From NCBI GenBank assembly GCA_047517285.1, contig JAKZTE010000003.1:474-64473 (forward strand): a DNA stretch of 64,000 bases, read 5' to 3'. Both the position numbers and the translations under genes were made by a program. Shown here in pieces: positions 9,977-19,780 of the stretch. The notes under the pieces were generated by a model, which was given only the letters and a program-made list of their open reading frames with translations, searched no databases and was not told the DNA's origin. The stretch comes from Nitrososphaerales archaeon. Its GTDB lineage: Archaea > Thermoproteota > Nitrososphaeria > Nitrososphaerales > UBA57. Positions within the stretch are counted from its first letter, which is position 1; each line of letters begins with the position of its first letter.

Positions 9977-10396
9977 ATGGATATTAAACAGATATTTGAG
10001 AATACAACTAATATTGCCGTAATTGGTTTATCAAAAAATGAATTGAAGGATAGTTATCAGGTATCCATGTATATGAAAAATTCCGGATACAATATAATTC
10101 CAATAAATCCAACTACCGACTCAATAATGGACGTAAAATCTCATAATAGTTTAAAAGACATCCCAGAAAATATGGTAAGAAATATAGAATTAATCAATAT
10201 ATTTAGAAAACCAGAGTTTGTTGAAAACATATTAGAAGAGGTAATTGAAGTGAAAAAGAAATACGGCAAGATACATACAGTATGGATGCAATTAGGAATT
10301 TTTTATGATAGGGCAGACACTGTATCAAAGGAAAATCAATTAAATATAATCACGAATAAATGTATAAAAATAGAACATGGAAGACTACAAGATTAA
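9977..10396 (+). CDS. CoA-binding domain protein (YccU/YneT-like)
   Basis: 139 aa; NIAVIGLS...Y...GYNIIPINP...IELINIFRKPE pattern of the CoA_binding_2 family. Confidence 0.7.
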   Translation: MDIKQIFENTTNIAVIGLSKNELKDSYQVSMYMKNSGYNIIPINPTTDSIMDVKSHNSLKDIPENMVRNIELINIFRKPEFVENILEEVIEVKKKYGKIHTVWMQLGIFYDRADTVSKENQLNIITNKCIKIEHGRLQD

Positions 10397-11136
10397 TTTG
10401 CTTTAGTTATTTCAGGATCTAATTTATCATAATATTGTTTAATTTCTTCTTGATTTAGATATCGAAGTGTTTTAGTTTCGTGATCGACAATAGAGATTTT
10501 TATACTTGAAAGTTTGTCGTCATCCTCATTAATAGAAATAAGCGATTCAATTGCGAGAAGAATCGCATCTTCGAAAGATAAATCTGCATTATATTTCTTC
10601 TCAAATAATTCAATTACTTGATCACTACCAGATCCAATTGCAGTAGCATCATAAGCAACATAATTGCCACTAGGGTCGGTTTTCCACAAATGTGAGCCAG
10701 ATCTGTCAACACCACATATAATTAATGAAACGCCAAAAGGTCGAACACCCGCATATTGTGTGAATTGTTGTGAAGAATCAGCGAGTTTTCTAGCCAAAGT
10801 TTCTAGATCTACAGGTTGGTCATAAATTAATCGATTACTTTGAGCAATTACACGTGCTTGATCTACTTGAACACGAGCATCAGGAATATAACCAGCTGCA
10901 GCAACCCCTATATGGTCGTCAACCTGAAAGAGTTTTTGAGTAATTCCAGGAGTTTGTAATTTAGATAATTTTTCATCAACTGCAAGAATAGCACCTTCCT
11001 TATGTTTTATACCTAGAGCTAAACTACCACGTCTAACTGTTTCCATTGCATATTCAACTTGATATAATCGACCGTCAGGTGAGAAAACAGTAATAGCTCT
11101 ATCATATCCTTGTGCTCCTGGAAACATAATTATCAA
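10393..11136 (-). CDS. psmA: Proteasome subunit alpha
   Basis: YDRAITVFSPDGRLYQVEYAMETVRRGSLALGIK is the canonical alpha-subunit N-terminus; the true start may be the second Met (11127). Confidence 0.95.
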   Translation of the reverse strand: MIIMFPGAQGYDRAITVFSPDGRLYQVEYAMETVRRGSLALGIKHKEGAILAVDEKLSKLQTPGITQKLFQVDDHIGVAAAGYIPDARVQVDQARVIAQSNRLIYDQPVDLETLARKLADSSQQFTQYAGVRPFGVSLIICGVDRSGSHLWKTDPSGNYVAYDATAIGSGSDQVIELFEKKYNADLSFEDAILLAIESLISINEDDDKLSSIKISIVDHETKTLRYLNQEEIKQYYDKLDPEITKAN

Positions 11137-11186
11137 ACATATTTTGTTTTAGTTAACATTTAAAGTTTTTAGATTCGAAGTAAATA

Positions 11187-11624
11187 ATGAAGAATATGAT
11201 AGTTGAAGAAATTGAATTTAATGGGCATCCGGAAGTAAGAGGTGAGCATAAAACAACAATGGAAATTACTATGGATAAACATCTTACTGAGAAGGGAGAT
11301 TGCATAATTGGAGTAAATGCTAGAACGTCTTGTAATACTTTAAATAATAGAATTAAAGAAGAGATTCAAAAAGATAACAATAAAATTACAATAGAATTAA
11401 TAGTAGAAGATATGAAATTTAAGATAAAGGCAATGGGAAGTGCTAAATTATCATTAAAGCACAAGAAAGACATAGTATTACGAAAAAGTGCGTTTACATG
11501 TACAAGAACGGTAGGCATACACGCAGAAAATGCGGCAATAGATGTTCCAAGAGAAATGATTAGTAAATTAAGAAATCCTAATGTAAAAGGACTGTTTAGG
11601 ATAATAATAGAGGAAACGGAATAA
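11187..11624 (+). CDS. DUF371-family protein (function unknown)
   Basis: 145 aa; FNGHPEVRGEHKTTMEITMDKHLTEKGDCIIGV resembles the DUF371 signature (HpNi.a.HktT.E.T....lt..GDCIigv). Confidence 0.6.
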   Translation: MKNMIVEEIEFNGHPEVRGEHKTTMEITMDKHLTEKGDCIIGVNARTSCNTLNNRIKEEIQKDNNKITIELIVEDMKFKIKAMGSAKLSLKHKKDIVLRKSAFTCTRTVGIHAENAAIDVPREMISKLRNPNVKGLFRIIIEETE

Positions 11625-11626
11625 TT

Positions 11627-12601
11627 ATGACGGATAAAGCTACTGCCAAAGCACATGCAATGCAAGGTTTATTGAAATATCATGGAATGAAAGATAGTAA
11701 ACTAAGGATACCATTTCACGATAGTATTTCAGTTTGTCTTGATGCGTTATTTACAAAGACAACAGTAGAATTTGGAAATTTTGAAAAAGATGAATTAACA
11801 ATTAATAATGAAATACAACAAGATACAGTTTTGAGTCGGGCCATAGCAATAATTGATAAAATTCGATTATTAGCAAAGATTGATGATAAAGTAAGGATAA
11901 CGTCAGAGAATAGTATTAAATTTGGAGAAGTAAAGGGGCTAGGTTTTTCATCTTCTGCAGGTGCAGCATTAGCAGGAGCGGCATTCAAAGCATCAGGTCT
12001 TGAATCGACGCATGGATGGGATATTAAATTAATTTCAAGAATTGCAAGATTATTAGCAGGATCGGCATGTAGAAGTGCAACAGGAGAATATTCAAGATGG
12101 TATGCAGGTGACGATGACGAAACATCATATGCGGAAAAGATATCAACCAAAAGTGATCTAGATCTCAGAATGATTGCAATACCATTTCCTTCTGAATATT
12201 CGACAGAATCAGCTCATAAGGAAGTTTTAACGTCAAATTTCTTTGATGCAAGAATTAAAAGTGCCAATGTTAGATTGGAAAAAATTCAAGAGTCTATAAA
12301 GAAGGGAGATTTAGACAATCTAGGAAAATTAGTTGAAGAAGATTCATTAGAACTACATGCGCTTACAATGACTGGAAAAGATAGAGTAATTCTAATTCGT
12401 CCTGAAACAATTAACATAATTAATTTTGTAAAGAAAAAACAAAAAGAGAACATACCAATATATTATTCTATGCAAACGGGGCCATCAATTTTTATCAATA
12501 CAAATAGTGATTATATTGATGAAATTTATAGTGAAATTTCAGAAATGGGTTTAAACGCAATAAAATCTACTGTTGGAAATTCAGTGACTATAGAGAATTA
12601 A
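11627..12601 (+). CDS. Mevalonate (di)phosphate decarboxylase-like GHMP-family enzyme
   Basis: 324 aa; LLKYHGMKDSKLRIPFHDSISVCL..TKTTVEF (cf. MVD N-terminus NIAliKYWGKrd...nsSiSvTL) and GHMP motif GLGFSSSAGAALAGA. Confidence 0.75.
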   Translation: MTDKATAKAHAMQGLLKYHGMKDSKLRIPFHDSISVCLDALFTKTTVEFGNFEKDELTINNEIQQDTVLSRAIAIIDKIRLLAKIDDKVRITSENSIKFGEVKGLGFSSSAGAALAGAAFKASGLESTHGWDIKLISRIARLLAGSACRSATGEYSRWYAGDDDETSYAEKISTKSDLDLRMIAIPFPSEYSTESAHKEVLTSNFFDARIKSANVRLEKIQESIKKGDLDNLGKLVEEDSLELHALTMTGKDRVILIRPETINIINFVKKKQKENIPIYYSMQTGPSIFINTNSDYIDEIYSEISEMGLNAIKSTVGNSVTIEN

Positions 12602-12604
12602 TTA

Positions 12605-15331
12605 CTAATTTTTTCGTATAACGAGTTTATTAGTGAAATATACAGTGGCAAGAAGAACTACAAGTGAAATGGCAATTGATGGAAGGTATCTATTGACAAG
12701 TTCTTCAGAAACCGATGTAGAAAATTGTTCTACGTCAACAGATATTGACTGGCCCATAAATTTATGCGATATTTGAGGATGAAATATCATTGGTTTTCCA
12801 GGCGTAAGACTTTTAGCTTTTGTTTTTAGTTCAATAGAATCTTCAGGATCTAATTGATTAATCTCAGTAAAGATAGATTCGTCTAATATCTCAAGGTTAT
12901 CAATAATTCCTGGAATAATAGAAATAGATTTCAGAGGAGTTTTAGAAGGATTATCAATAGTAATGATTAATTCAATCTCTTGATTATCAAGAATTTCTTC
13001 AGGAATAGTGGAGATAGTAACAATTGGAGTATGGGATATATTAAGAGGGATTTGTGAAGTAAATATTCTCATAGATTTACCTCCAAGGGTAAAGTCACCC
13101 CAGGCTTGTAAGAGATTACGGCTTACTTCGTCATTACTAGAAATCAAATATTCATAGTTCATAATTCCGTCAATTTCTAAACTAGATCTTTCATTCCATT
13201 GATTTCCTTCAATAACTACATATTCAAAATCATTTCCATTTAATTGAACGTCAAATAATGACAAACCGCCGTTATTTGCAAAATCAACTGAAATTGTAAA
13301 ATTATATCCGACAAGTGCAGAATTTATATTAATATATTTATCGATATTAATGGCAGTAGGTAAAACTATGGAATCAGAGAACGTCCTATAATCTTTTCCA
13401 TGATAGGTCAGGTCAACAGATGTAGGAGGCAGGAGTATATTATCAGAAGAATCATGTTTGACATAATATACAAAAGTAGAAGAGTTAGTAGGTTTTAACA
13501 AAGGAATATTTACTTCTAGACGATTATTTAGTTTTGTCATATTATCGCCGCCACTTGAAAACATAACCGATGAAGGAATAACATCAACTAGATGTAAATT
13601 GGTTAAATCCTCATCTCCGTTATTTGTAATTTCTAGAGTTACTTTCAATTCGTCTTGCCATACTCCATCAATTGGTATTTCAGAGATTTTATCAACGACA
13701 ATTTCTGGAGAATTAATGAAAGGTTTTACATATAGATTATAATCATTGATTAGATAAACAGGATTAGAAAAGACAGTATACAAGTCTACGCCGTCAGACC
13801 AAGTAATTTTCCATTCATATGTATTTGTATTAAACAGATAATCATGTCTAGAAACATTAAGTTCTAAAATTTCAAATGAACCAGGTGCAATAGAGTCAAA
13901 AGTTTCAAACAATTCATCATTAAGTTCAATAGAAACGTCATAAGCGGATCTAGAACCAAGGTTTTTTATTTCTAGTTGAGATAGATGATCATTATGCATT
14001 GAAACATATGAATTATTGTATAAAGAGTTTACAATAAGTGCAGGTCTAACATCATTTAATTGGATAAAGAGATCATTTGATGATGTAATTTTTGAGAATT
14101 CATCGTCGCCCATCTTAAATTTATATTCAAATTTAATATCTTCGGGACTAGTTTCTATAATAGTGGATTCGGAAGTATCAATTTGAAGTAATTTAGACAG
14201 AGTTTTAGATTTACCGGGTGCTAGATGTCTAACGGTATCATTTTCTCCAGGTTCAAGAAGGGTAAAATCATCAGTCCACCAGTCGTCAACAAATATTACT
14301 TCTTCAATTGAATGACCGCCAAGAACAGGTGATAGATTAGTAAAAGTGATACGAGATTCAATAGTATCTCCATCAGAACCTGAGGTTTTATCGATTACTC
14401 GAACAACAGAAAGAACGGGCGGATAATAGTCCAGAAGTATAGTTGAATTAAAATAACTGTCGCTAGATAAATCGATAATTAATTCTGAGTGTATATTGTC
14501 AACATCCTGATCAAGAGCAAAAGAAACATCGGAGATGTTTTTAGAATTGATATCCAATGAATTAATCATAGAACCAAATGTTTGAATGTTAATAGTTGAC
14601 TTTGTAGAAAGATTCGATGCATTGATACTTTTAATGCTAAATAATGCAAGAGGATCAATTACAGAACCTTGAATGCTAAAATCACCAGGAGTATTATCAA
14701 CAACTGCAGCCTCGCTAGTTCCGGCAAATTCAATTGAATAGATTAGACTGTTTGATTGTTGTGTCCCGGAAAGTTTGATAACTTGATCACGATTAGAATT
14801 GAAAAATTGTTTTGTAAGTAATTGATTAAATCCAGGATCGTTATTAGAAAAAATTTCCCAAAATATGTCAACTACAATTTCAGAGTCGGCATAAGAATAA
14901 TACGTATATATATTATTTTGTGAAAAGGTATTTGGATTATATGTAATAAATCCTAAATGAAGGTCTTGAGATATTGAAGATGCGAATTTATCAGCGTTAG
15001 ATTGGCTATCTGAATTTATAGTAAGAATCGCCCCATTTTGTGGTAGTGCCGAATCAATTAAACCATAGCCATTTGTTGTAAAAATATCAAATCGTGTATC
15101 AAAAGAACCCTGATGACTATAATAAAATACTTCAAATGAATCAATACCAGATTTAGTAGAAAGAACTCCACTAGCATTAACGTCGGACAGATTTATTGAC
15201 CAATAAGATAAATCTCCAGAAGTAGTGATTGAGAGATTTTCTTGATAATTAGTTGCTGCAATAATATTAGGAAATGGCATGATTGGAATCAACAGTAACA
15301 ATAACAGCAGCGACAACAGTAATTTATTCAT
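12605..15331 (-). CDS. Large secreted, C-terminally membrane-anchored surface protein with CARDB/DUF11-like repeats
   Basis: 908 aa; signal peptide MNKLLLSLLLLLLLIPIMPF, C-terminal TM helix plus basic tail (IAISLVVLLATVYFTNKLVIRKN), about 15 N-x-S/T sequons by my count, motifs such as ITNNGDEDLTNLHLVDVIP and IKNLGSRSAYDVSIEL. Confidence 0.6.
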   Translation of the reverse strand: MNKLLLSLLLLLLLIPIMPFPNIIAATNYQENLSITTSGDLSYWSINLSDVNASGVLSTKSGIDSFEVFYYSHQGSFDTRFDIFTTNGYGLIDSALPQNGAILTINSDSQSNADKFASSISQDLHLGFITYNPNTFSQNNIYTYYSYADSEIVVDIFWEIFSNNDPGFNQLLTKQFFNSNRDQVIKLSGTQQSNSLIYSIEFAGTSEAAVVDNTPGDFSIQGSVIDPLALFSIKSINASNLSTKSTINIQTFGSMINSLDINSKNISDVSFALDQDVDNIHSELIIDLSSDSYFNSTILLDYYPPVLSVVRVIDKTSGSDGDTIESRITFTNLSPVLGGHSIEEVIFVDDWWTDDFTLLEPGENDTVRHLAPGKSKTLSKLLQIDTSESTIIETSPEDIKFEYKFKMGDDEFSKITSSNDLFIQLNDVRPALIVNSLYNNSYVSMHNDHLSQLEIKNLGSRSAYDVSIELNDELFETFDSIAPGSFEILELNVSRHDYLFNTNTYEWKITWSDGVDLYTVFSNPVYLINDYNLYVKPFINSPEIVVDKISEIPIDGVWQDELKVTLEITNNGDEDLTNLHLVDVIPSSVMFSSGGDNMTKLNNRLEVNIPLLKPTNSSTFVYYVKHDSSDNILLPPTSVDLTYHGKDYRTFSDSIVLPTAINIDKYININSALVGYNFTISVDFANNGGLSLFDVQLNGNDFEYVVIEGNQWNERSSLEIDGIMNYEYLISSNDEVSRNLLQAWGDFTLGGKSMRIFTSQIPLNISHTPIVTISTIPEEILDNQEIELIITIDNPSKTPLKSISIIPGIIDNLEILDESIFTEINQLDPEDSIELKTKAKSLTPGKPMIFHPQISHKFMGQSISVDVEQFSTSVSEELVNRYLPSIAISLVVLLATVYFTNKLVIRKN

Positions 15332-15381
15332 TTACTACATCTATCCATTTCTAATACTACATAATGTTTTGGATTTCTTAT

Positions 15382-16494
15382 TTATTTCTTTTTACTTTTT
15401 GCATCAATAGGATTGTCTACACCGCGTTCATTAAGAGTGAATACGGCTTCATGCTCAGGATGATAAGGGCTATCCTTCATTTTAGCTATACGATTTTTAC
15501 CAGATTTTCTTAGATAGAGTCTATATGTGCTAGTATGAGCGACAACATGACCGCCAACAGGACGAGTAGGATCGCCAAATAAAGCACCAGGATCAGCCAT
15601 GACCTGATTTGTCATTACAACGGCAACGTTACGAGTTTCAGCAGTTCTAGTTAAGAGATGCATAAAGCGATTAAGCCTATGTTGTCTTGTAGCCAAAGTG
15701 GCTCGTCCTAAGAATTCAGAACGATAATGTCCCATTAATGAATCGACAATAACAAGTCGGGCATTGGAACTTTCAATAACTTTTCCAAGCTCGCCGACAA
15801 GTAATTCTTGATGTGAACTAGTGAAAGCTTTTGCAACAATTATTTTTTCTAGCGCTTTATCAGGGTCCATACCACGTTCAACAGCAATATCTCTTAGTCG
15901 TTCTGGGCGGAATGTGTTTTCAGTATCAATATAGATAGCAGCCCCATTAAGTCCACCGTCTTCAACGGGTAATTGGACATTAAGGCATAAAGTATGGCAA
16001 ATTTGTGTTTTTCCTGAACCGAATTCTCCATAGAATTCAGTTACAGCTTGTGTTTCAACACCGCCAATCAATAATTCGTCGAGATTAGAACTGCCGGTGG
16101 ATATTCTTTCAATTTTTAGTCTTCGAGCGTAAATTTCAGTAGCAGTTACGAAATCTTTATCGAATTTACCAAGTTCGACCAATTTCAATCGCGCTTTGTT
16201 ACATAATTCGACGGCTTTGTCTGTTTCAAAACCAGTTGCTTCTGCAGTATCAGTAGGACCTCTTACGACAACATCGAGTATAGTGTATATTCCAACGTCG
16301 TTAAGTTTCTTAGTTGTAACAGGACCGACTCCTGGTAAAGAAGAAATTTCCATCAATGCGGTATTTTCTTCTGCAGATAATTTAGATTCGGATGAATCTT
16401 CTGATTCTGTAATTTCCTCAGGTTCTGTAATTTCCTCAGGTTCTGTAACTTTATTTTCTAAATCGATAGAATCGTCTAACATATTATTTCCCAC
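15382..16494 (-). CDS. radA: DNA repair and recombination protein RadA
   Basis: 370 aa; HhH (LPGVGPVTTKKLNDVG), Walker A GEFGSGKTQ, Walker B LVIVDS; ~50-aa acidic N-terminal extension. Confidence 0.95.
   Translation of the reverse strand: MGNNMLDDSIDLENKVTEPEEITEPEEITESEDSSESKLSAEENTALMEISSLPGVGPVTTKKLNDVGIYTILDVVVRGPTDTAEATGFETDKAVELCNKARLKLVELGKFDKDFVTATEIYARRLKIERISTGSSNLDELLIGGVETQAVTEFYGEFGSGKTQICHTLCLNVQLPVEDGGLNGAAIYIDTENTFRPERLRDIAVERGMDPDKALEKIIVAKAFTSSHQELLVGELGKVIESSNARLVIVDSLMGHYRSEFLGRATLATRQHRLNRFMHLLTRTAETRNVAVVMTNQVMADPGALFGDPTRPVGGHVVAHTSTYRLYLRKSGKNRIAKMKDSPYHPEHEAVFTLNERGVDNPIDAKSKKK
16405..16449. repeat. In-frame 18-nt tandem repeat (2.5 copies) inside the radA 5' region
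   Basis: ttctgtaatttcctcagg at 16405-16422 and 16423-16440, plus a partial third copy; encodes TEPEEI TEPEEI TE on the minus strand. Confidence 0.9.
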
Positions 16495-16575
16495 TTCAAT
16501 ACATTAATAGTAACAGAGAGTAATAACATTTTTACTTGAAAATTATTCACTTGTAAAATGAAAAATAGGTTGAAA

Positions 16576-16878
16576 TTAACCTAATTTATAATTAACGCCT
16601 TTACCGCCCTGCGGATGGTTCCACTCAATGGCACCATTACCGAGTTGGTCACAAACAATAGTACAAAGACCCATTTCAATACAGCCTTCAATATTATAGA
16701 CTAATTCTTCTTCATTAAGGGTATAGACCTCAGATGGGCATACGTATAAACAAGGTTGCTTTTCACAAGTTTTGCAAATTTCAGTATTTACTTTAATGAA
16801 TTCTGAGGAATCCCAATCAAAAGACAAAAGGCCTAATTTGGATTCTAATGATATATTTTGTTCGTTTTCGTCAGGCAT
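16576..16878 (-). CDS. FixX-like ferredoxin-like protein
   Basis: 100 aa; C-x2-C...C-x3-CP and C-terminal EWNHPQGGKGVNYKLG, as in FixX/ETF-QO-associated ferredoxin-like proteins. Confidence 0.55.
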   Translation of the reverse strand: MPDENEQNISLESKLGLLSFDWDSSEFIKVNTEICKTCEKQPCLYVCPSEVYTLNEEELVYNIEGCIEMGLCTIVCDQLGNGAIEWNHPQGGKGVNYKLG

Positions 16879-16931
16879 ATAATAGTCATATTAGAAAACT
16901 AATAATAAAGATATCTGATAAGTAAAATCAA

Positions 16932-17957
16932 ATGGGAGTTAAATTAAAGGATCTATCTAATCCAAGAAAAATATCGTTCGAGAATCTATCTGGAAACAAA
17001 ATAGCAATAGATGGATTTAATATAATTTATCAGTTTTTAACAACAATTAGAGGCCCAACAGGTGAGCCTTTGATGAATAGTAAGGGAAAAATAACTAGCC
17101 ATTTAACAGGATTATTTTACAGAAACATTAATCTTTTGAATAACAACATAGAACCAATATACGTGTTGGATGGAAAACCTCCGCAATTAAAATCTACACT
17201 TATTAAAAAAAGAAAAGAAACCAGAGAGAAAAATCAAGAGAAATATAAGAAAGCTATTGAAGAAGGAGATCAAGAACAAGCAAGAAGGTATTCTCATTCA
17301 ATGATTAGAATTAATGAAGATATAATCAATGATGTAAAGAAACTTTTAGAATTACTAGGCATACAATACGTCCAAGCTCCCGCCGAAGGTGAAGCAACGG
17401 CAGCTTATATGAACAATATAGGAATGGTAAATTATGCAGTAAGTCAAGATTATGATTCTTTGCTTTTTGGAGCAAAGAAATTATGCAGAAACCTGACTGT
17501 CTCGGGAAAGAGAAGAATACCAAGAACTAACAAATTTATTGATGTAGAACCTGAGGTTATTGAACTAAAAGAATTTTTAAGACTAAATGAGATAAATAGA
17601 GAACAATTAGTTGATATTGCAATATTAATTGGAACTGATTACAATCCTAATGGATTTACAAGAATTGGTCCAAAAACTGCCATAAAGCACATTAAGAAAT
17701 ATAAAAAAATAGAAGATATTCCAAATATGGAGAGAGAATTAGAATTAATTAATATAGATGAAGTAAGAAATATGTTTCTGAATCCTGAAGTATCTAAACC
17801 AGACTTTATTAAAAAGAAAGATATTCAAAAAGATAAACTTATTTCTTATCTATGTGATGAAAATGATTTTTCAGTAGACAGGATTTCAAGTATGATAAAA
17901 AAATTAGACAAAGTAGAAGAAGAAAGATCTGAGAGTTTAGATAAGTGGTTTAATTGA
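16932..17957 (+). CDS. fen: Flap endonuclease 1
   Basis: 341 aa; MGVKL..L...KIAIDGFNIIYQFL, SHL.GLFYR, PIYVLDGKPP, C-terminal PIP-like SLDKWF. Confidence 0.95.
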   Translation: MGVKLKDLSNPRKISFENLSGNKIAIDGFNIIYQFLTTIRGPTGEPLMNSKGKITSHLTGLFYRNINLLNNNIEPIYVLDGKPPQLKSTLIKKRKETREKNQEKYKKAIEEGDQEQARRYSHSMIRINEDIINDVKKLLELLGIQYVQAPAEGEATAAYMNNIGMVNYAVSQDYDSLLFGAKKLCRNLTVSGKRRIPRTNKFIDVEPEVIELKEFLRLNEINREQLVDIAILIGTDYNPNGFTRIGPKTAIKHIKKYKKIEDIPNMERELELINIDEVRNMFLNPEVSKPDFIKKKDIQKDKLISYLCDENDFSVDRISSMIKKLDKVEEERSESLDKWFN

Positions 17958-18484
17958 ATATTAATGGGTTAAATGAATTTTTTCTAATAACAGAAAAATT
18001 AAAATCGATAAAAAGAAGAGGTTGGAAGATAAAATCAACTGCAAAAGATACAGAATCAGTTGCGGATCATAGTTATGCAGCGACAACAATTGCAATGATT
18101 ATTTCAGATTTAGAGGAAATGAATACGGAAAAGGTTATGAAAATGATGTTAATACATGATTTACCGGAAGCAATTATTGGAGATTTAGTGCCAGGAGAGA
18201 ATCCAAACAAAGATACAGAAGAGGATGAAGCGATTAATGATATTTTAAGAAATCTTCCAGACAAAATTCAAAAGCAATATTTTGAGGTTTGGAATGAATT
18301 TAAAGAAAAAACAAGCAAAGAGTCGTTATTAGTGCATGAAATAGACAAACTTGAATTAGTTTTTCAGTTATCGTTATACAAAGATGAAATGTCAAAAGAA
18401 GCATTTAATGAGTTTTTGAAATCTTCTGAGAAAATGATAAACGCAGATATAAATAAGAAGTTATTAAGAAAGATTTTAGAATAA
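17954..18484 (+). CDS. HD-domain phosphohydrolase (YfbR/HDDC2-like)
   Basis: 176 aa; SVADHSY and LIHDLPEAIIGD metal-binding motifs; TTG start overlapping the fen stop by 4 nt. Confidence 0.8.
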   Translation: MNINGLNEFFLITEKLKSIKRRGWKIKSTAKDTESVADHSYAATTIAMIISDLEEMNTEKVMKMMLIHDLPEAIIGDLVPGENPNKDTEEDEAINDILRNLPDKIQKQYFEVWNEFKEKTSKESLLVHEIDKLELVFQLSLYKDEMSKEAFNEFLKSSEKMINADINKKLLRKILE

Positions 18485-18522
18485 ATATACTGGATATTCA
18501 TATATGAATAATATCTTCAAGA

Positions 18523-18536
18523 AAATATTTATTTAT
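18523..18536 (+). promoter_or_regulatory. Candidate TATA box for the thrC-like operon
   Basis: aaaatatttattta is centred ~29 nt upstream of the ATG at 18558 (leaderless spacing). AT-rich background makes this weak. Confidence 0.3.
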
Positions 18537-18557
18537 GAATGTATAAACTAGAACAAT

Positions 18558-19778
18558 ATGTCAATAAAATATTTACTGTGTAGAAATTGTTCGACGGAAT
18601 TTAAGGCAGATTTAAAATATGTGTGCGATGAATGTTTTAATCCATTAGACGTAATATATGATTTCGATAAAATTAGATTAACAAAAGACATTATAAAAAA
18701 TAGGGAGAAAAGTCTTTGGAGATATTTTGAATTATTGCCATTAAGAAATAAGAACAACATAGTAGATATCGGAGCAGGGTATACGCCGCTTCACAAAGCA
18801 GATAAATTAGCAAAGAAATTAGGATTAAATAATTTATATATTAAAAATGATACAGTCAATCCTTCATTTTCTTTTAAAGATAGACCGGCAGGAGTAGCAG
18901 TATCAAAATCAATAGAATTAGGTTTAGAGGCAGTAGGTTCGCCATCAACAGGAAACTTAGCTTCGGCTACTGCAGCTCATGCTGCAAGAGCGGGAATACC
19001 ATGTTATATTTTTATTCCGCATGACATAGAACAGGCAAAGATATTACAAGTACAGGCATATGGGGCCAACATAATACCAGTAAATGGAACATATGATGAT
19101 GCAAATAGATTGGCATCGTATGCAGGAGACAAGTATAACATTGGAATAGTCAATATAAATCTAAGAACTTACTACGTGGAAGGTTCCAAGACTCTTGCAT
19201 TTGAAGTATGTGAACAATTAGGATGGAATGCCCCTGATCATGTAATAGTTCCAACAGGAAGTGGTGCAATGTTATGTGCAATAGATAGAGGATTGAAGGA
19301 ATTTGAGAAGATTGGTTTAATAACAAATAATAATACAAAAATTACTAGTGCGCAGCCAGAAGGGTGTTCGCCGATAGTAGATGCAATAAAGAATAAAACG
19401 AATGTGATACAGCCAGTAAAGAAACCAAATACATTAGCAAAGAGCCTAGCAATTGGCGAGCCTGGAGATGGAATATTTGCAGTAAAAACAGTGAATAATT
19501 CAGGAGGATATGGAGAAAATGCCAATGACGAAGAGATAAGAGAGTCAATAAGACTCTTAGCCAGTACGGAAGGGATATTTGCAGAACCTGGAGGCGCAAT
19601 TTCAATTGCAATATTACTGAAATTAGTACGTGATGGAAAAATTGATGCAAATGAGAAAGTTGTATGCTATGTAACAGGAAATGGTCTAAAAGCGCCAGAA
19701 GCTGCATTTATTCAACAACCAGAATTGAAAGTAGTTGAACCCAAGAGAGAAGTATTAGAAGATATAATAGGTCGATAA
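18558..19778 (+). CDS. Threonine synthase family PLP enzyme (ThrC or MetM-like)
   Basis: 406 aa; N-terminal Zn ribbon CRNC...CDEC, PLP-lysine motif NPSFSFKDRPA, glycine-rich loop PTGSGAM. Confidence 0.85.
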   Translation: MSIKYLLCRNCSTEFKADLKYVCDECFNPLDVIYDFDKIRLTKDIIKNREKSLWRYFELLPLRNKNNIVDIGAGYTPLHKADKLAKKLGLNNLYIKNDTVNPSFSFKDRPAGVAVSKSIELGLEAVGSPSTGNLASATAAHAARAGIPCYIFIPHDIEQAKILQVQAYGANIIPVNGTYDDANRLASYAGDKYNIGIVNINLRTYYVEGSKTLAFEVCEQLGWNAPDHVIVPTGSGAMLCAIDRGLKEFEKIGLITNNNTKITSAQPEGCSPIVDAIKNKTNVIQPVKKPNTLAKSLAIGEPGDGIFAVKTVNNSGGYGENANDEEIRESIRLLASTEGIFAEPGGAISIAILLKLVRDGKIDANEKVVCYVTGNGLKAPEAAFIQQPELKVVEPKREVLEDIIGR

Positions 19779-19780
19779 AA

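Noticed and set aside
16405-16449. Short direct repeats that could be mistaken for a CRISPR-like array
   Set aside because: The copies are contiguous with no spacers, number only 2.5, and are in frame inside radA. This is a coding microsatellite.
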